This document shows, one piece after another, positions 1 to 9,505 of a DNA stretch of 64,000 nucleotides; the stretch's first letter is position 1, and every line of letters starts with the position of its first letter. The notes below the pieces were generated by a model, which did not search any database, had not been told where the DNA came from, and saw nothing but the letters and a program-made list of their open reading frames with translations. The translations under genes were made by a program, and so were the position numbers. The stretch is from positions 829 through 64,828 of the forward strand of contig NZ_JBICTY010000010.1 of assembly GCF_043197895.1 (NCBI RefSeq). The letters run 5' to 3'. The DNA is from Cryptosporangium sp. NPDC048952. GTDB taxonomy: Bacteria > Actinomycetota > Actinomycetes > Mycobacteriales > Cryptosporangiaceae.

Positions 1-125
1 CGCGGGCACGGCGCGCGGAGCCGGCACGCGGGCACGGCGCGCGGAGCCGGCACGCGGGCACGGCGCGCGGAGCCGGCACGCGGGCACGGCGCGCGGAGCC
101 GGCACGCGGGCACGGCGCGCGCAGC
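1..125. repeat. Tandem direct repeat, 26-bp unit cgggcacggcgcgcggagccggcacg, about 4.5 copies, truncated by the window edge
   Basis: Unit start recurs at about 3, 29, 55, 81, 107. No unique spacers between units, so not CRISPR-like. Confidence 0.8.
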
Positions 126-133
126 ACGCCACG

Positions 134-181
134 GGTGCAGCCCCCCGCGCGCAGCACGGCGCGCGGGGGGGCTGCACCCGT
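134..181. repeat. Near-perfect 20-bp inverted repeat (gggtgcagccccccgcgcgc / gcgcgcgggggggctgcaccc) giving a strong hairpin
   Basis: Reverse-complement arms read directly; short loop agcacg. Confidence 0.8.
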
Positions 182-194
182 AGCGCACCTCGGA

Positions 195-1541
195 ATGGCT
201 CGCGGACGCGGACTCGGGCCCGATGTTCGGGGTGTACGCCACGAGGCGGCACGGATGCCGCACCGGACATACGGGGACACTGACATGGACGTCGAACTTC
301 CGGCCCGCTGGGCCGACGAGCCTTCGCGGCTCGCCGCAGTACGGATGATGCGCGAGTTCAGCACGTCGGTCGAACCGGTGCTGGCGAACATCGTCCGGAT
401 CGCCGCAGAGGCAGTGCGGGCACCGATGGCCATGCTCACGCTGGTCGAGGCCGAGCGCGTCCGCGCGGTCGTCCGCCACAACATCGGCGTCACGCAGCTG
501 CCACGCGCTGCGTCGCCCTGTGCCCGCGTCGTCGGCGACCGGGCCCCGCTGCAGATCCCGGACCTGCTCGAGGACCCCCGTTACGCGGTGGGACCTCTCA
601 CCGCCGTCGACCCGGGCGCCCGCTCCTACGCCGGCGTCCCGCTGCTCGACACCACCGGCAACGTCGTCGGTGCGCTCTCCGTGCTCGACCGCAAGCCGGG
701 CGCGCTCGGCCCGGAGCGCGCCCAGCTCCTCGGCCTCCTCGCCGACCAGGCGACAGCGATCCTGACGCTCGGCGCCGCCGTCGAGCAGTCGGCGACCGAG
801 GCCGCCGCCCTGGGCCGTTTCGGCAGCGACTTCATCTCGCTCATCACCCACGAGGTGCGGACGCCGGTCGCGGTCATCACCGGCAACCTCGAGCTCCTCG
901 ACGAGCTCGACGACGTGCCCGACCAGTACCGCGAGCGCATGGTCAGCGCGATCCGCCGCAACGCCGACCGCCTCGTCCGGCTGATCGACCACCTCCTGGT
1001 CACCGCCCGGGCGGGCGACGCCCTCAAGGCGACCGTGCACCGCTCACCGCTCGACTTGTCCGGCCTGGTCACCGACGCCGTCCGCGCGGCAGAGGCGAAG
1101 GCCAAGCAGGCCGGCGTCGCCCTCGACCTGCACATCGAGCAGCCGCTGCGCGTACCGGGCGACAGCACGATGCTGCGCACCGCTATCGACAACCTGCTGT
1201 CCAACGCCCTGCTCTTCACCCAGGCGGGTGGCCGCATCTCGGTGCGGGTCTCCCAGGGCTCCACCGACCTGCGCGACGCGACCGAGATCACGATCACCGA
1301 CACCGGCGTCGGCATCCCGGCCGACGAGCAGCCGCTGGTGTTCGAGCGTTTCTACCGCGGGGCGCACGCCCAGCGGACCGAGGCGCCCGGCGCCGGGCTC
1401 GGCCTCGCGGTGACCGAGGCGATCGCCGCCGCGCACGGCGGGCTGGTGCGGCTGGAGAGCACTCCCGGCGTCGGGACGACGGTGCGGCTGATGCTTCCCC
1501 TGGGCGCGACGCGCCCGGCGCTGGAGCTGGTCCGCAACTGA
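195..1541 (+). CDS. Sensor histidine kinase with N-terminal GAF domain (GAF-HisKA-HATPase_c); start uncertain (in-frame ATG candidates at 195 and 285, among others)
   Basis: H-box FISLITHEVRTPVAVITGNLELL; ATP-lid motifs TDTGVGIP and GAGLGLAV; GAF-like region upstream. Confidence 0.8.
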   Translation: MARGRGLGPDVRGVRHEAARMPHRTYGDTDMDVELPARWADEPSRLAAVRMMREFSTSVEPVLANIVRIAAEAVRAPMAMLTLVEAERVRAVVRHNIGVTQLPRAASPCARVVGDRAPLQIPDLLEDPRYAVGPLTAVDPGARSYAGVPLLDTTGNVVGALSVLDRKPGALGPERAQLLGLLADQATAILTLGAAVEQSATEAAALGRFGSDFISLITHEVRTPVAVITGNLELLDELDDVPDQYRERMVSAIRRNADRLVRLIDHLLVTARAGDALKATVHRSPLDLSGLVTDAVRAAEAKAKQAGVALDLHIEQPLRVPGDSTMLRTAIDNLLSNALLFTQAGGRISVRVSQGSTDLRDATEITITDTGVGIPADEQPLVFERFYRGAHAQRTEAPGAGLGLAVTEAIAAAHGGLVRLESTPGVGTTVRLMLPLGATRPALELVRN

Positions 1542-1587
1542 AAGCTCCCCGGTTCCGGTCCGCCATGCACCGGAGCCGGGTGATTCT

Positions 1588-1692
1588 TCCCGCCTGCCCG
1601 CCCCTCTGGGGAGGGATGGCAGGCGGGAGTACGTCTCGCTGCGCGCGACTCGCCACCCCCTCTGGGGAGGGATGGCGAGTCGCGCGGGCGTG
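1588..1692 (+). other. Two consecutive stem-loops sharing the inner core ccccctctggggagggatgg but with different, individually complementary outer stems (cccgcctgcc/ggcaggcggg and cgcgcgactcgcc/ggcgagtcgcgcg)
   Basis: Read directly; about 45 nt downstream of the kinase stop. Could be a tandem terminator or a structured RNA or repeat element. Confidence 0.6.
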
Positions 1693-1950
1693 CGCATTTA
1701 CGGCACTCCGCCCACGGACTGATACTCGAACCTTCATCTACTCTGGGTAGACATATCCAGACGCCCCGTAATACCCGCTGGTCCTCAGGCTGTGCCCCCA
1801 GAGGGACGGTCCGCGTATCCGTCCCGATTACAGAGATTCGCTGGTACGGGCCCGTCGGATTAGGCACGCTGAACGCGGGGCCGCGGAAAGCCCACCGCCA
1901 GCAATCAGCACGAACGACGGGGTGCCGGCCGTCGCAGGAGGGGAAGCGCC

Positions 1951-2874
1951 GTGACGGTTTTCGACACGAGTAGATCGACAGCACCCACTGCGTCGCTGCG
2001 CCCCAGAGAGCAGGTCCAGCGTCGGGTCACCGGCACCCCCCGCTGGGCCCCGGCAGCTGCCGGCATCGTGGTCGGGGTGTCCCGCGGCGACGACCCCACC
2101 GGCGTCCTCACCTGGGCGGCCCGAGAAGCCCGTGCCCTGCACGCCCCGCTCGTGGTGGCCCACGCCGGCAACGACGAGCGCGCCGACGCCGTCCTCGCCG
2201 AGGCCGGTGCGCTGGCCCGCCGGGCGGTTCCGGCCGGGCACGTCCGCACCGTCCGCGGTGACGGCCGTCCGCTCACGGTCCTCGCGGCCGCGGCCGACCA
2301 GGCAGGCATCGTGGTGGTCGGCACCGCCGCGGGCGCCGGTTCCGGCACCCAGCTCGTCGGCACGATCGCGGTGCGGCTGGCCACCGAGGGCCGGTCCGCC
2401 GCCGTCGTCGCCCGGCCTCCGGCCGGCGGTGCTCAGCCGCAGCAGGGCCCCTTCCCCGGTCACGTCGTCGTCGGTGTCGACGGCTCACCCGCGTCCCGCG
2501 CGGCGCTGGAGTACGCGTTCGCGCACGCGGCCGCCCACCGCCGTCCGCTGGTGGCGGTCTTCGTGACGACGGGTTCGGCCGCCGACTACTGGATCGACGA
2601 CAGCCTGCTCGACACCGCGGTCACCGACGACCCGGCCGCGAACGCGCTGGTCGACGAGGAAGTGAGCGCGTTCGCCGATCGTTACCGGGTACGCGCGACC
2701 ACCGCGGTGCACCGGGGCCGTCCGCTGGCGGTGCTGGCGAGGCTGTCCCGGGGAGCAGACCTGCTGGTCGTCGGCGTCAACGGGCGCCCGGCGGGAGCGC
2801 GCTCGCGGCTCGGCTCCACCGCCCGGGGAGTGCTGCTCGACCCGCCGACGACGGTGGCCGCGGTCCGCGCCTGA
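1951..2874 (+). CDS. Universal stress protein, tandem USP domains
   Basis: Two USP-like halves (VVGVSRGDD...LVVAHAG and VVVGVDGSPASRAAL...LLVVGVNGRPAGARSRLGSTARGVL); GTG start preceded by aggagg. Confidence 0.75.
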   Translation: MTVFDTSRSTAPTASLRPREQVQRRVTGTPRWAPAAAGIVVGVSRGDDPTGVLTWAAREARALHAPLVVAHAGNDERADAVLAEAGALARRAVPAGHVRTVRGDGRPLTVLAAAADQAGIVVVGTAAGAGSGTQLVGTIAVRLATEGRSAAVVARPPAGGAQPQQGPFPGHVVVGVDGSPASRAALEYAFAHAAAHRRPLVAVFVTTGSAADYWIDDSLLDTAVTDDPAANALVDEEVSAFADRYRVRATTAVHRGRPLAVLARLSRGADLLVVGVNGRPAGARSRLGSTARGVLLDPPTTVAAVRA

Positions 2875-2942
2875 CCCCAGTTTCGATCTTAGCGGTCGCG
2901 GCGGCCCGAAATATCGGCTCGCGGCACGACCCCGCTCCCGCC

Positions 2943-5159
2943 ATGCTCTGTCTAGGCTTCCTAGCCGAACCGCCCCCCGAAGCCCGGAGCACCGCGTTGA
3001 CCGACCGTCCGACCGTCCTCACCACCGAGATCGCCGCCGAGCAGCGTCACGTCGACGATGTGTACGCCCGGCTGGAGGAGGTGCGATCCGGCGCCACCGA
3101 GGTCGAGGCCGAAGGTCACCGACGGGCCCAGCTGGGCACCGAGGGTTCGCTGTACGAGAGAGACGTGCTGGTCCACCAGGCCGCGCGGCGGCGGGCGGCG
3201 CTCGACAGCGGGTACGACGGCCTGGTGTTCGGCCGCCTCGACCTGCGCACCGGTGAGGCCCGGCACATCGGCCGGCTCGGTGTGCTCGACGAGCGTTACG
3301 AGCCGCTCGTCGTCGACTGGCGTGCCCCGGCCGCCGCGCCGTTCTACCGCGCCACCGCCGAGGACCCGCTCGACGTCATCCGGCGTCGGGTGATCCACTC
3401 CTCCGGCACCCGCGTGATCGGGCTGTCCGACGACCTGCTCGACCCGGCTGCCGCTCCGGAGGGCATGGCCGTGGTCGGCGAGGGCGCGCTGATGGCGACG
3501 CTGGCCCGCGCCCGCGGCAAGGCCATGCGCGACATCGTCTCGACGATCCAGCGCGAGCAGGACGAGGCGATCCGCGCGCCCGCGAGCGGCACCACGATCA
3601 TCGAGGGCGGGCCGGGCACCGGGAAGACTGCCGTGGCGCTGCACCGCGTCGCCTACCTGCTGTACTCCGACCGCAACCGGTACGCCGGGGGCGGTGTGCT
3701 GGTCGTGGGGCCCTCGCCGACGTTCGTCCGGTACATCGACCAGGTCCTGCCCTCGCTCGGCGAGGAGGGGGTCGTGCTGCGGTCGCTCGCGACGATGCTC
3801 TCCAGCGTCAAGGCCACCCGTCGCGACAATGCCGCGCTCTCCGCGGTGAAGGGTGCGGCGAGCATCCGCCGGGTCCTGTCCCGGCTCGCCTGGCTGCCGG
3901 CGCCTACGGCACCGGACCGGTTCCGCGTCGTCTACGCCGGTGAAGTGCTTTCGTTGGACGTCCGGCAGCTGGCCGCCGCGCGCAAGGCGGCCCGGCGGCG
4001 AGGCAACACCCCGAACTCGGCCCGCGGTCAGGCGGCCACCGCGCTGCTCGACGCGCTCTGGAACGTCTCCCGGGGCTGGACCGGTGCTCCGGAGAACTGG
4101 GAGCGGGACGCGTTCGACGCCACGATCCGCGACCGCGACGAGTTCCGCGACTTCCTCGCGGCCTGGTGGCCGATCGTCGAGCCCGAGCACGTGCTGCGCT
4201 GGGCTGCCGACCGCGCGCGGCTGGCCCGCTGCGCCGGGCCCGACCTCCACCGCGACGACGTCGCACCGCTCGCGGCGTCGTGGAACCGGGACGGCTGGTC
4301 GGTGGCGGACGTGGCGCTGCTCGACGAACTGCGTGCGCTGCTCGGCAAGCCGCCGAAGCCGCAGGTCCGGCGTCGTCGTCCGGAGGAGTGGGAGATGCAG
4401 GAGATCCGGCTCTCCTCCGACCGTGCTCCGGCTCCGACACCCGCCTCGGACGAGGACGACGACGAGTTCTCGCTGATCGTCGTCGACGAGGCCCAGGACC
4501 TCTCGCCGATGCAGTGGCGGATGCTCGGCCGCCGCGGCAAGTACGCGTCCTGGACGCTGGTCGGCGACCCGGCCCAGAGCGCCTGGGAGGATCCGGACGA
4601 GGCCACCGCGGCCATGGACGCGGCCGTGGGCACCCGGGTGCGGCGCCGTTATCTGCTCACCACCAACTACCGGAACTCGGCGGAGATCTTCGAGCTGGCG
4701 GCGTCCGTGCTGCGCCGGTGGGAGCCCGGGCTCGAGCTGCCGACCGCGGTCCGCAGGACCGGCGCGAAGCCGGAGGATCGGCTGGTGTCCCCCGACCGGC
4801 TGGCCGACGAGCTGCGGGCGTGCGTCGAAGAGCTCTTGGCCGACGTCGAGGGCACGGTCGGGGTGGTCACCCCGGCGGACCGGCAGGACGAGGTCGCCGC
4901 GCAGTTGAACGGTCTGGGCACCGGCCGGCTCCAAATCGTGGACAGCATCGAGGCCAAGGGCTTGGAGTACGACGGTGTCGTGGTGATGGAACCGGCGGAG
5001 ATCATCGCCGAGTCCAGCGCGGGTCACCGGGTGCTGTACGTGTCGCTCAGCCGGGCGACGCACCGCCTGATCGTCGTCTCCACCGAACGCGACTGGTCGG
5101 TTCCGCCGGCCGACCGGACGGCACCGGACCGCGCCGCGGAGCCACTCTCCCTGTTCTGA
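2943..5159 (+). CDS. helD: HelD/UvrD-family DNA helicase
   Basis: Walker A GGPGTGKTAVAL; Walker B VVDEAQDL; LTTNYRNS and VSLSRATHRL helicase motifs. The 700-aa minus-strand ORF 2961..5063 is the Arg-rich antisense frame. Confidence 0.75.
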   Translation: MLCLGFLAEPPPEARSTALTDRPTVLTTEIAAEQRHVDDVYARLEEVRSGATEVEAEGHRRAQLGTEGSLYERDVLVHQAARRRAALDSGYDGLVFGRLDLRTGEARHIGRLGVLDERYEPLVVDWRAPAAAPFYRATAEDPLDVIRRRVIHSSGTRVIGLSDDLLDPAAAPEGMAVVGEGALMATLARARGKAMRDIVSTIQREQDEAIRAPASGTTIIEGGPGTGKTAVALHRVAYLLYSDRNRYAGGGVLVVGPSPTFVRYIDQVLPSLGEEGVVLRSLATMLSSVKATRRDNAALSAVKGAASIRRVLSRLAWLPAPTAPDRFRVVYAGEVLSLDVRQLAAARKAARRRGNTPNSARGQAATALLDALWNVSRGWTGAPENWERDAFDATIRDRDEFRDFLAAWWPIVEPEHVLRWAADRARLARCAGPDLHRDDVAPLAASWNRDGWSVADVALLDELRALLGKPPKPQVRRRRPEEWEMQEIRLSSDRAPAPTPASDEDDDEFSLIVVDEAQDLSPMQWRMLGRRGKYASWTLVGDPAQSAWEDPDEATAAMDAAVGTRVRRRYLLTTNYRNSAEIFELAASVLRRWEPGLELPTAVRRTGAKPEDRLVSPDRLADELRACVEELLADVEGTVGVVTPADRQDEVAAQLNGLGTGRLQIVDSIEAKGLEYDGVVVMEPAEIIAESSAGHRVLYVSLSRATHRLIVVSTERDWSVPPADRTAPDRAAEPLSLF

Positions 5160-5179
5160 GCTACCCCTACAGTGGGCCG

Positions 5180-6187
5180 GTGCTCCATCTGCGCTTGATC
5201 GTCCCGCCGGACCGGATGCCGGCGGTGATGGACCTGCTCGAGGGCGACGCCTCGGTCACCCACCTGGCGGTACTGACCGGTGCGGCCCGGGATCCGGTCG
5301 GCGACGTCGTGCTCTGCGACGTCGCCAGGGAGGGCGCGAGCGCGGTGCTCGGCGCCCTCCGCGACCTGGACATCGCGGAACACGGCGCGATCACGGCCGA
5401 GAACGTCGACCTCGTCCTGTCCGAGTCGGGCCGGAGAGCGGAGGAGGAAGCTCCTGGGCTGGGCACCGACGCCGTCATCTGGGAGGAGATCGAGCACCGC
5501 GTCAGCGACGAGATCCAATTGTCGGCGACGTACCTCACGTTCCTCGTCGTCGCGACGATCATCGCCGGGATCGGCGTACTGCTCGATCAGCCGATCCTGA
5601 TCGTGGGCGCGATGGTGGTCGGGCCGGACTTCGGACCGCTGGCCGCGTTCTGCGTCGGTCTGGTGCAGCGCAAACGCGCCATGGCCGTCCGTGCTGCGAT
5701 CGCGTTGCTGGTCGGCTTCCCGGTCGCGATGGCCGCGACGCTGGCCACGACGTGGCTGCTCGCCGCGCTCGACCTCGTCGACCGGTCCATGCTTTTGGAC
5801 GACCGGCCGCTGACCGACTTCATCTGGCGTCCCGACGCGCTCTCCTGGGTCGTGGGCTTCCTCGCGGGCATCGCCGGCATCACGTCGCTGACCTCGGCGA
5901 AGTCCGGTGCGCTCGTCGGCGTGCTGATCTCGGTCACGACGGTTCCCGCCGCCGCGAACGTGGCGGTGGCGCTCGCCTTCGGGGTGTTCGACGAGGCATG
6001 GGGCTCGACGGTCCAGCTCGTCGTGAACCTCGCCGCGATCGTCGTCGGCGGGGTGCTGACGCTCCTCGTCCAACGGCTGTTCTGGCAGCGCCGCTCGCTG
6101 CAGCCGAAGCGGACGCCGGAGGCCCGGCGGGTGGCTGCTCGCGCGCGCCGGAACGCCCGCCGCCGCGAGGCCGACGGGGGCCGGTAG
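5180..6187 (+). CDS. DUF389-family integral membrane protein (TIGR00341-like)
   Basis: Soluble N-domain followed by multiple TM helices (YLTFLVVATIIAGIGVLL...); GTG start taken as first in-frame start after the helicase stop. Confidence 0.55.
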   Translation: MLHLRLIVPPDRMPAVMDLLEGDASVTHLAVLTGAARDPVGDVVLCDVAREGASAVLGALRDLDIAEHGAITAENVDLVLSESGRRAEEEAPGLGTDAVIWEEIEHRVSDEIQLSATYLTFLVVATIIAGIGVLLDQPILIVGAMVVGPDFGPLAAFCVGLVQRKRAMAVRAAIALLVGFPVAMAATLATTWLLAALDLVDRSMLLDDRPLTDFIWRPDALSWVVGFLAGIAGITSLTSAKSGALVGVLISVTTVPAAANVAVALAFGVFDEAWGSTVQLVVNLAAIVVGGVLTLLVQRLFWQRRSLQPKRTPEARRVAARARRNARRREADGGR

Positions 6188-6282
6188 AGGGGCCGCAGTG
6201 GAACGCCCGCCCCCGGCGTGCCGGGGACGGGCGTTTGCCTGAAACCAGAGGCCTCAACCGATGGTGCGGGTCTTACCGGCCG

Positions 6283-6954
6283 TCAGAAGCAGCGACTGTC
6301 GCAGTCGCGTCCCCAGTGGTGACGGTGGTGGCTGAACGACGGGCAGTCCCAGCGGTGGTGGTAACGACGGCCGCCCTCCCACCAGAACCCGCCGCGGAAG
6401 AACGGGGCCCGACCGATGAAGTCGAGGTCGTCGTCCTCGTCGTCGACGATGACGATCGGTCCACCGGCGTTGACGACCGTCGCGCCACCGATCGGGGCGA
6501 CGCCACCGACGGGCGCCGCGCCACCGACGGGCGCCGCGCCACCGACGGGCGCGGCACCACCGACGGGCGCGGCACCGTCGACCGGTGCGGCACCGGTCGC
6601 CGGAGCGGTCGCCGGGGTCGCCGGAGCAGCGGTGTTCTCCGCGGGCGCGGGCTGCGCCGGGGTGTTGGTCGCCGGAGCAGCGGCCGGCTGCTCGTCGGGC
6701 GCCTGGGCCTGCCCGGCGGGGGCGGTGTCGTCCTTGTCGTAAACCTTCGCGCCGACCGGGATACCGCCATTCACCGGCTGCTGCGCGCTGTTGTCATTGT
6801 TGTCGTCGGCGGTGTTCCCACCCGCGACGACGCTAGTCGCCTCAACGGTGGGGTTGACGTTTACCGTCTGCGCCTGGGCAGCGGCCGCGCCGGCCAGGAC
6901 GATGCCCGCCGACACGGTTCCGACCTGCAGCGAACGACGAATCCAGTTGTTCAT
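6283..6954 (-). CDS. Secreted repetitive protein: Sec signal peptide, Ala/Pro-rich region with five APVGG pentapeptide repeats, acidic stretch, His/Trp/Cys-rich C-terminus
   Basis: N-terminus MNNWIRRSLQVGTVSAGIVLAGAAAAQAQT; C-terminus FWWEGGRRYHHRWDCPSFSHHRHHWGRDCDSRCF. Confidence 0.55.
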   Translation of the reverse strand: MNNWIRRSLQVGTVSAGIVLAGAAAAQAQTVNVNPTVEATSVVAGGNTADDNNDNSAQQPVNGGIPVGAKVYDKDDTAPAGQAQAPDEQPAAAPATNTPAQPAPAENTAAPATPATAPATGAAPVDGAAPVGGAAPVGGAAPVGGAAPVGGVAPIGGATVVNAGGPIVIVDDEDDDLDFIGRAPFFRGGFWWEGGRRYHHRWDCPSFSHHRHHWGRDCDSRCF

Positions 6955-7732
6955 CGAATGGAGACCTCTCCTGAGGTACGTGGAATCTGAGTAAAAGTCC
7001 TGTCGCAGCCCTCGGGCCGTGATCAGGCGTCGAACGAACGCGCGACTGCGCGTGGGAGAACCATCGTCAGAACGGTTCTGGTCAGTAGCCGACTTCGTCC
7101 CCACAATGGACCGTTGTCGGCCGGACGATAGGCGGCGGGAACACCGCGGCGATCGTCGTCAGAGTGAGCGATCCGGTACTACCGCGCGGCGCGCGCAACG
7201 CGCCGGTCCGGCAGTACACGAAACATCCCAACTCTCGTACGCCTCAACCCGCAGCTCCCCCACGGCCACGAGACCGACGAGCAGTCGCGACAGCACCGCT
7301 CGACGGAGGGAACTTTGGTGGCAGAACGGACTATTTGCAACCCCGCCGCGAAGAGCGCGGCCCCGGTCACGCAATTCACTTCCGCACTCGCCGTTAGTCG
7401 AGAAGGGTTGCGTGACCACTCTTGAATGATCGACCGGTCACGGCCAGTATTGGTGGTGGCGAGTATCACCTCGGTTGACTGGCAGCCCCTCTATTAACCC
7501 CACCCGGTAGCCACGAACGGATATCCTGCAATCCGCAGCCGATCACCGGGCACTACGGCCACAGCCCACACACATTTGCTCGCGGCGGAACTCCGGCAAC
7601 CCTCGATTCGTTATCGATCGGCTACTGGTTCCGGGCGTCGTGAATCACCCTGAACACACCAGGGTGCATGCGGGATTCGTTCCGCGCGACTAGTAGGGTG
7701 TGGCCACCGATAGCACGACGAGGAGAACTTCT

Positions 7733-8071
7733 GTGGCGCGGAAAGTACAGGTCATGTTGGTGGACGACCTCGACGGCGGCACCGCCGAAGAGACCGTCGC
7801 CTTCGCGATCGACGGAACCTCTTATGAGATCGACCTGTCGAGCGACAATGCGGCCGCACTCCGGGATTCGGTCGAGAAGTATGTGGCTGCGGCCCGCAAG
7901 GCCGGACGCGGCGGAACCCGCACGAATCGTCGCCCCGCAGCGACTAGTCAGCGCTCCGGTCGCGAACAGAACCAGGCCATCCGTGAATGGGCCAAGGGGA
8001 AGGGTCTGCAGGTAAGTGATCGCGGACGCATCCCGCAGGAAGTGATCGACCAGTACAACTCCGAGCACTGA
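7733..8071 (+). CDS. lsr2: Nucleoid-associated protein Lsr2
   Basis: N-terminus (V)ARKVQVMLVDDLDGG matches the canonical Lsr2 dimerisation domain; C-terminal RGRIPQEVIDQY DNA-binding motif; RBS aggaga about 6 nt upstream of GTG. Confidence 0.85.
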   Translation: MARKVQVMLVDDLDGGTAEETVAFAIDGTSYEIDLSSDNAAALRDSVEKYVAAARKAGRGGTRTNRRPAATSQRSGREQNQAIREWAKGKGLQVSDRGRIPQEVIDQYNSEH

Positions 8072-8099
8072 CTGTCATCACCGTTAACCGGCTAACGGC

Positions 8100-8200
8100 C
8101 TAACGAACCCGATCAGTCCGTTTTGCTCGATCGAGCCGGCTTTTCGTCCGGCGTGTCGCCCGCCTGGCCCCATCGCCCCAGATGGGGCGGGGCAGGCACT
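8100..8200. terminator. Imperfect GC-rich palindrome (gcctggccccatcgccccagatggggcggggcaggc) between the convergent lsr2 and response-regulator genes
   Basis: Inverted repeat read directly; could terminate both genes. Confidence 0.4.
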
Positions 8201-8574
8201 CAGCTCGTCAGCAGGGCGTATTCCAGTGCCGCACGGTGATGCGGCAGCGCCAGAACCGCATCGACGTCGATCCCGGCGAAGTCGCTCGGCTCGTAAATCG
8301 TCGAAATGATCAACCGGCAGGGTCGACCTGCCAGACCGGCCCGAATCCGGTCCACCAACGGCTGACCTTCCGACGCCGGTATCAGGGTGTCGATGATGAT
8401 GGCGTCCGGCGGTTGTGAACTCGCCGCTTCGACCGCCTCGGCGTCGGTGCCGACCTGGTCGACGCACCAACCCAGAGCCTGCAACTGCAGCGTGAACAGC
8501 GCCGCGAGATCGGGCTGGTCCTCGAGGATCAGCACTCGACGCCGAAAATCCGGAAAGCCCCCGCTCTCGGTCAT
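8200..8574 (-). CDS. Single-domain response regulator (CheY-like receiver)
   Basis: VLILEDQPDLAALF...DAIIIDTLIP (phospho-acceptor Asp context) ...LALP; no output domain. Confidence 0.6.
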   Translation of the reverse strand: MTESGGFPDFRRRVLILEDQPDLAALFTLQLQALGWCVDQVGTDAEAVEAASSQPPDAIIIDTLIPASEGQPLVDRIRAGLAGRPCRLIISTIYEPSDFAGIDVDAVLALPHHRAALEYALLTS

Positions 8575-8710
8575 GCCTTCAGGATTCGCCGCCCGGGTGC
8601 CATCCCGGGTGCACCTCGGTTGCGGGCCGGTAGCAGTCGATGCCCCCTTAACGGCCGACCCTGCACCTCGTCGGATCGGATGACCATCATTTCCGGCAGG
8701 TTAGCTACCA

Positions 8711-9115
8711 ATGAGTAACGTTCCCCGTTCCATTTCGGACTGGCACCATGCGGCCGTGACTGGTTCGGGCCCGGCGACGAGACCACCGGCAGGTTGCTCC
8801 GATCCCGGCCGGTGGATGGACGCCTATCTGATCGCCGAAGCGCACCGCGCCGAGAAGGACGTCTGCACCTGCGGACGGCCGCTTCCGTGCATCGCCGCGC
8901 AGCGCGCCGCAGAAATCATGGACGAGACGATGGTGGCGGCGCGCCTCGCGGAGCAGTGGACGCGGGCCGCGGAGGCCGCCGTCGAGGAGCAGCGCGCGAT
9001 CAGCCGCGCGATCACCCAGGACCTACCGATCCTCGTGGACCTGCCCGAACCAGCGCCGGCGCCGGTCGGCGCGCGCTTCTACCGGGAGCGAAAACCACCA
9101 CGTCATCGCAGCTGA
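8711..9115 (+). CDS. Hypothetical protein (CTCGRPLPC cysteine motif)
   Basis: ORF only; no recognisable family. Confidence 0.3.
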   Translation: MSNVPRSISDWHHAAVTGSGPATRPPAGCSDPGRWMDAYLIAEAHRAEKDVCTCGRPLPCIAAQRAAEIMDETMVAARLAEQWTRAAEAAVEEQRAISRAITQDLPILVDLPEPAPAPVGARFYRERKPPRHRS

Positions 9116-9214
9116 GCACTACGTTTGTGCGCAGTGTCTCCTCATTGACCTCTCAGTCTGCCCTCAGGTCGCCGACGCACTGTTGAGACAGTTGGAACCT
9201 TCGGGGAGGAACCC

Positions 9215-9499
9215 TTGACCATCATCGGAACGCTGCTCGGGCTCGTCCTCACGGTTTTCTGGTGGATTCTGATCGCCCGGATCGTCCTGGACTGGTCCGT
9301 GGTGCTGGCCGGCCCACCCGCCTGGGGCGGCTTCCGGGCCAAGGCCATCAACGTCGTCACCCGCATCACCGAGCCGGTGCTGGCTCCGGTGCGCAAGGTC
9401 GTGCCGCCGCTTCGCGTCGGCGGTGTCTCGATCGACCTGTCGATCATCCTGGTGTTCTTCGCGATCGTGATCCTGCGCAACGTTGTCGCGTTCCTGTAA
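9215..9499 (+). CDS. yggT: YggT-family small membrane protein
   Basis: Two TM helices flanking a conserved core; RBS ggggagga upstream. Confidence 0.7.
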   Translation: MTIIGTLLGLVLTVFWWILIARIVLDWSVVLAGPPAWGGFRAKAINVVTRITEPVLAPVRKVVPPLRVGGVSIDLSIILVFFAIVILRNVVAFL

Positions 9500-9505
9500 G
9501 ACGTC

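Noticed and set aside
1-125. Possible CRISPR array
   Set aside because: Direct repeats are contiguous with no unique spacers, so this is a minisatellite and not CRISPR.
2961-5063. 700-aa minus-strand ORF
   Set aside because: Arg/Gly/Pro-rich antisense shadow of the helD helicase gene, whose plus-strand translation carries clear helicase motifs.
4166-5170. N-terminal 335 aa of the ORF 4166..6187
   Set aside because: Overlaps the helD gene in another frame and is Arg-rich. Only the portion from about 5180 onward (the DUF389 membrane protein) is credible.
8824-9015. 63-aa minus-strand ORF
   Set aside because: Overlaps the hypothetical plus-strand gene; no RBS or motif support.
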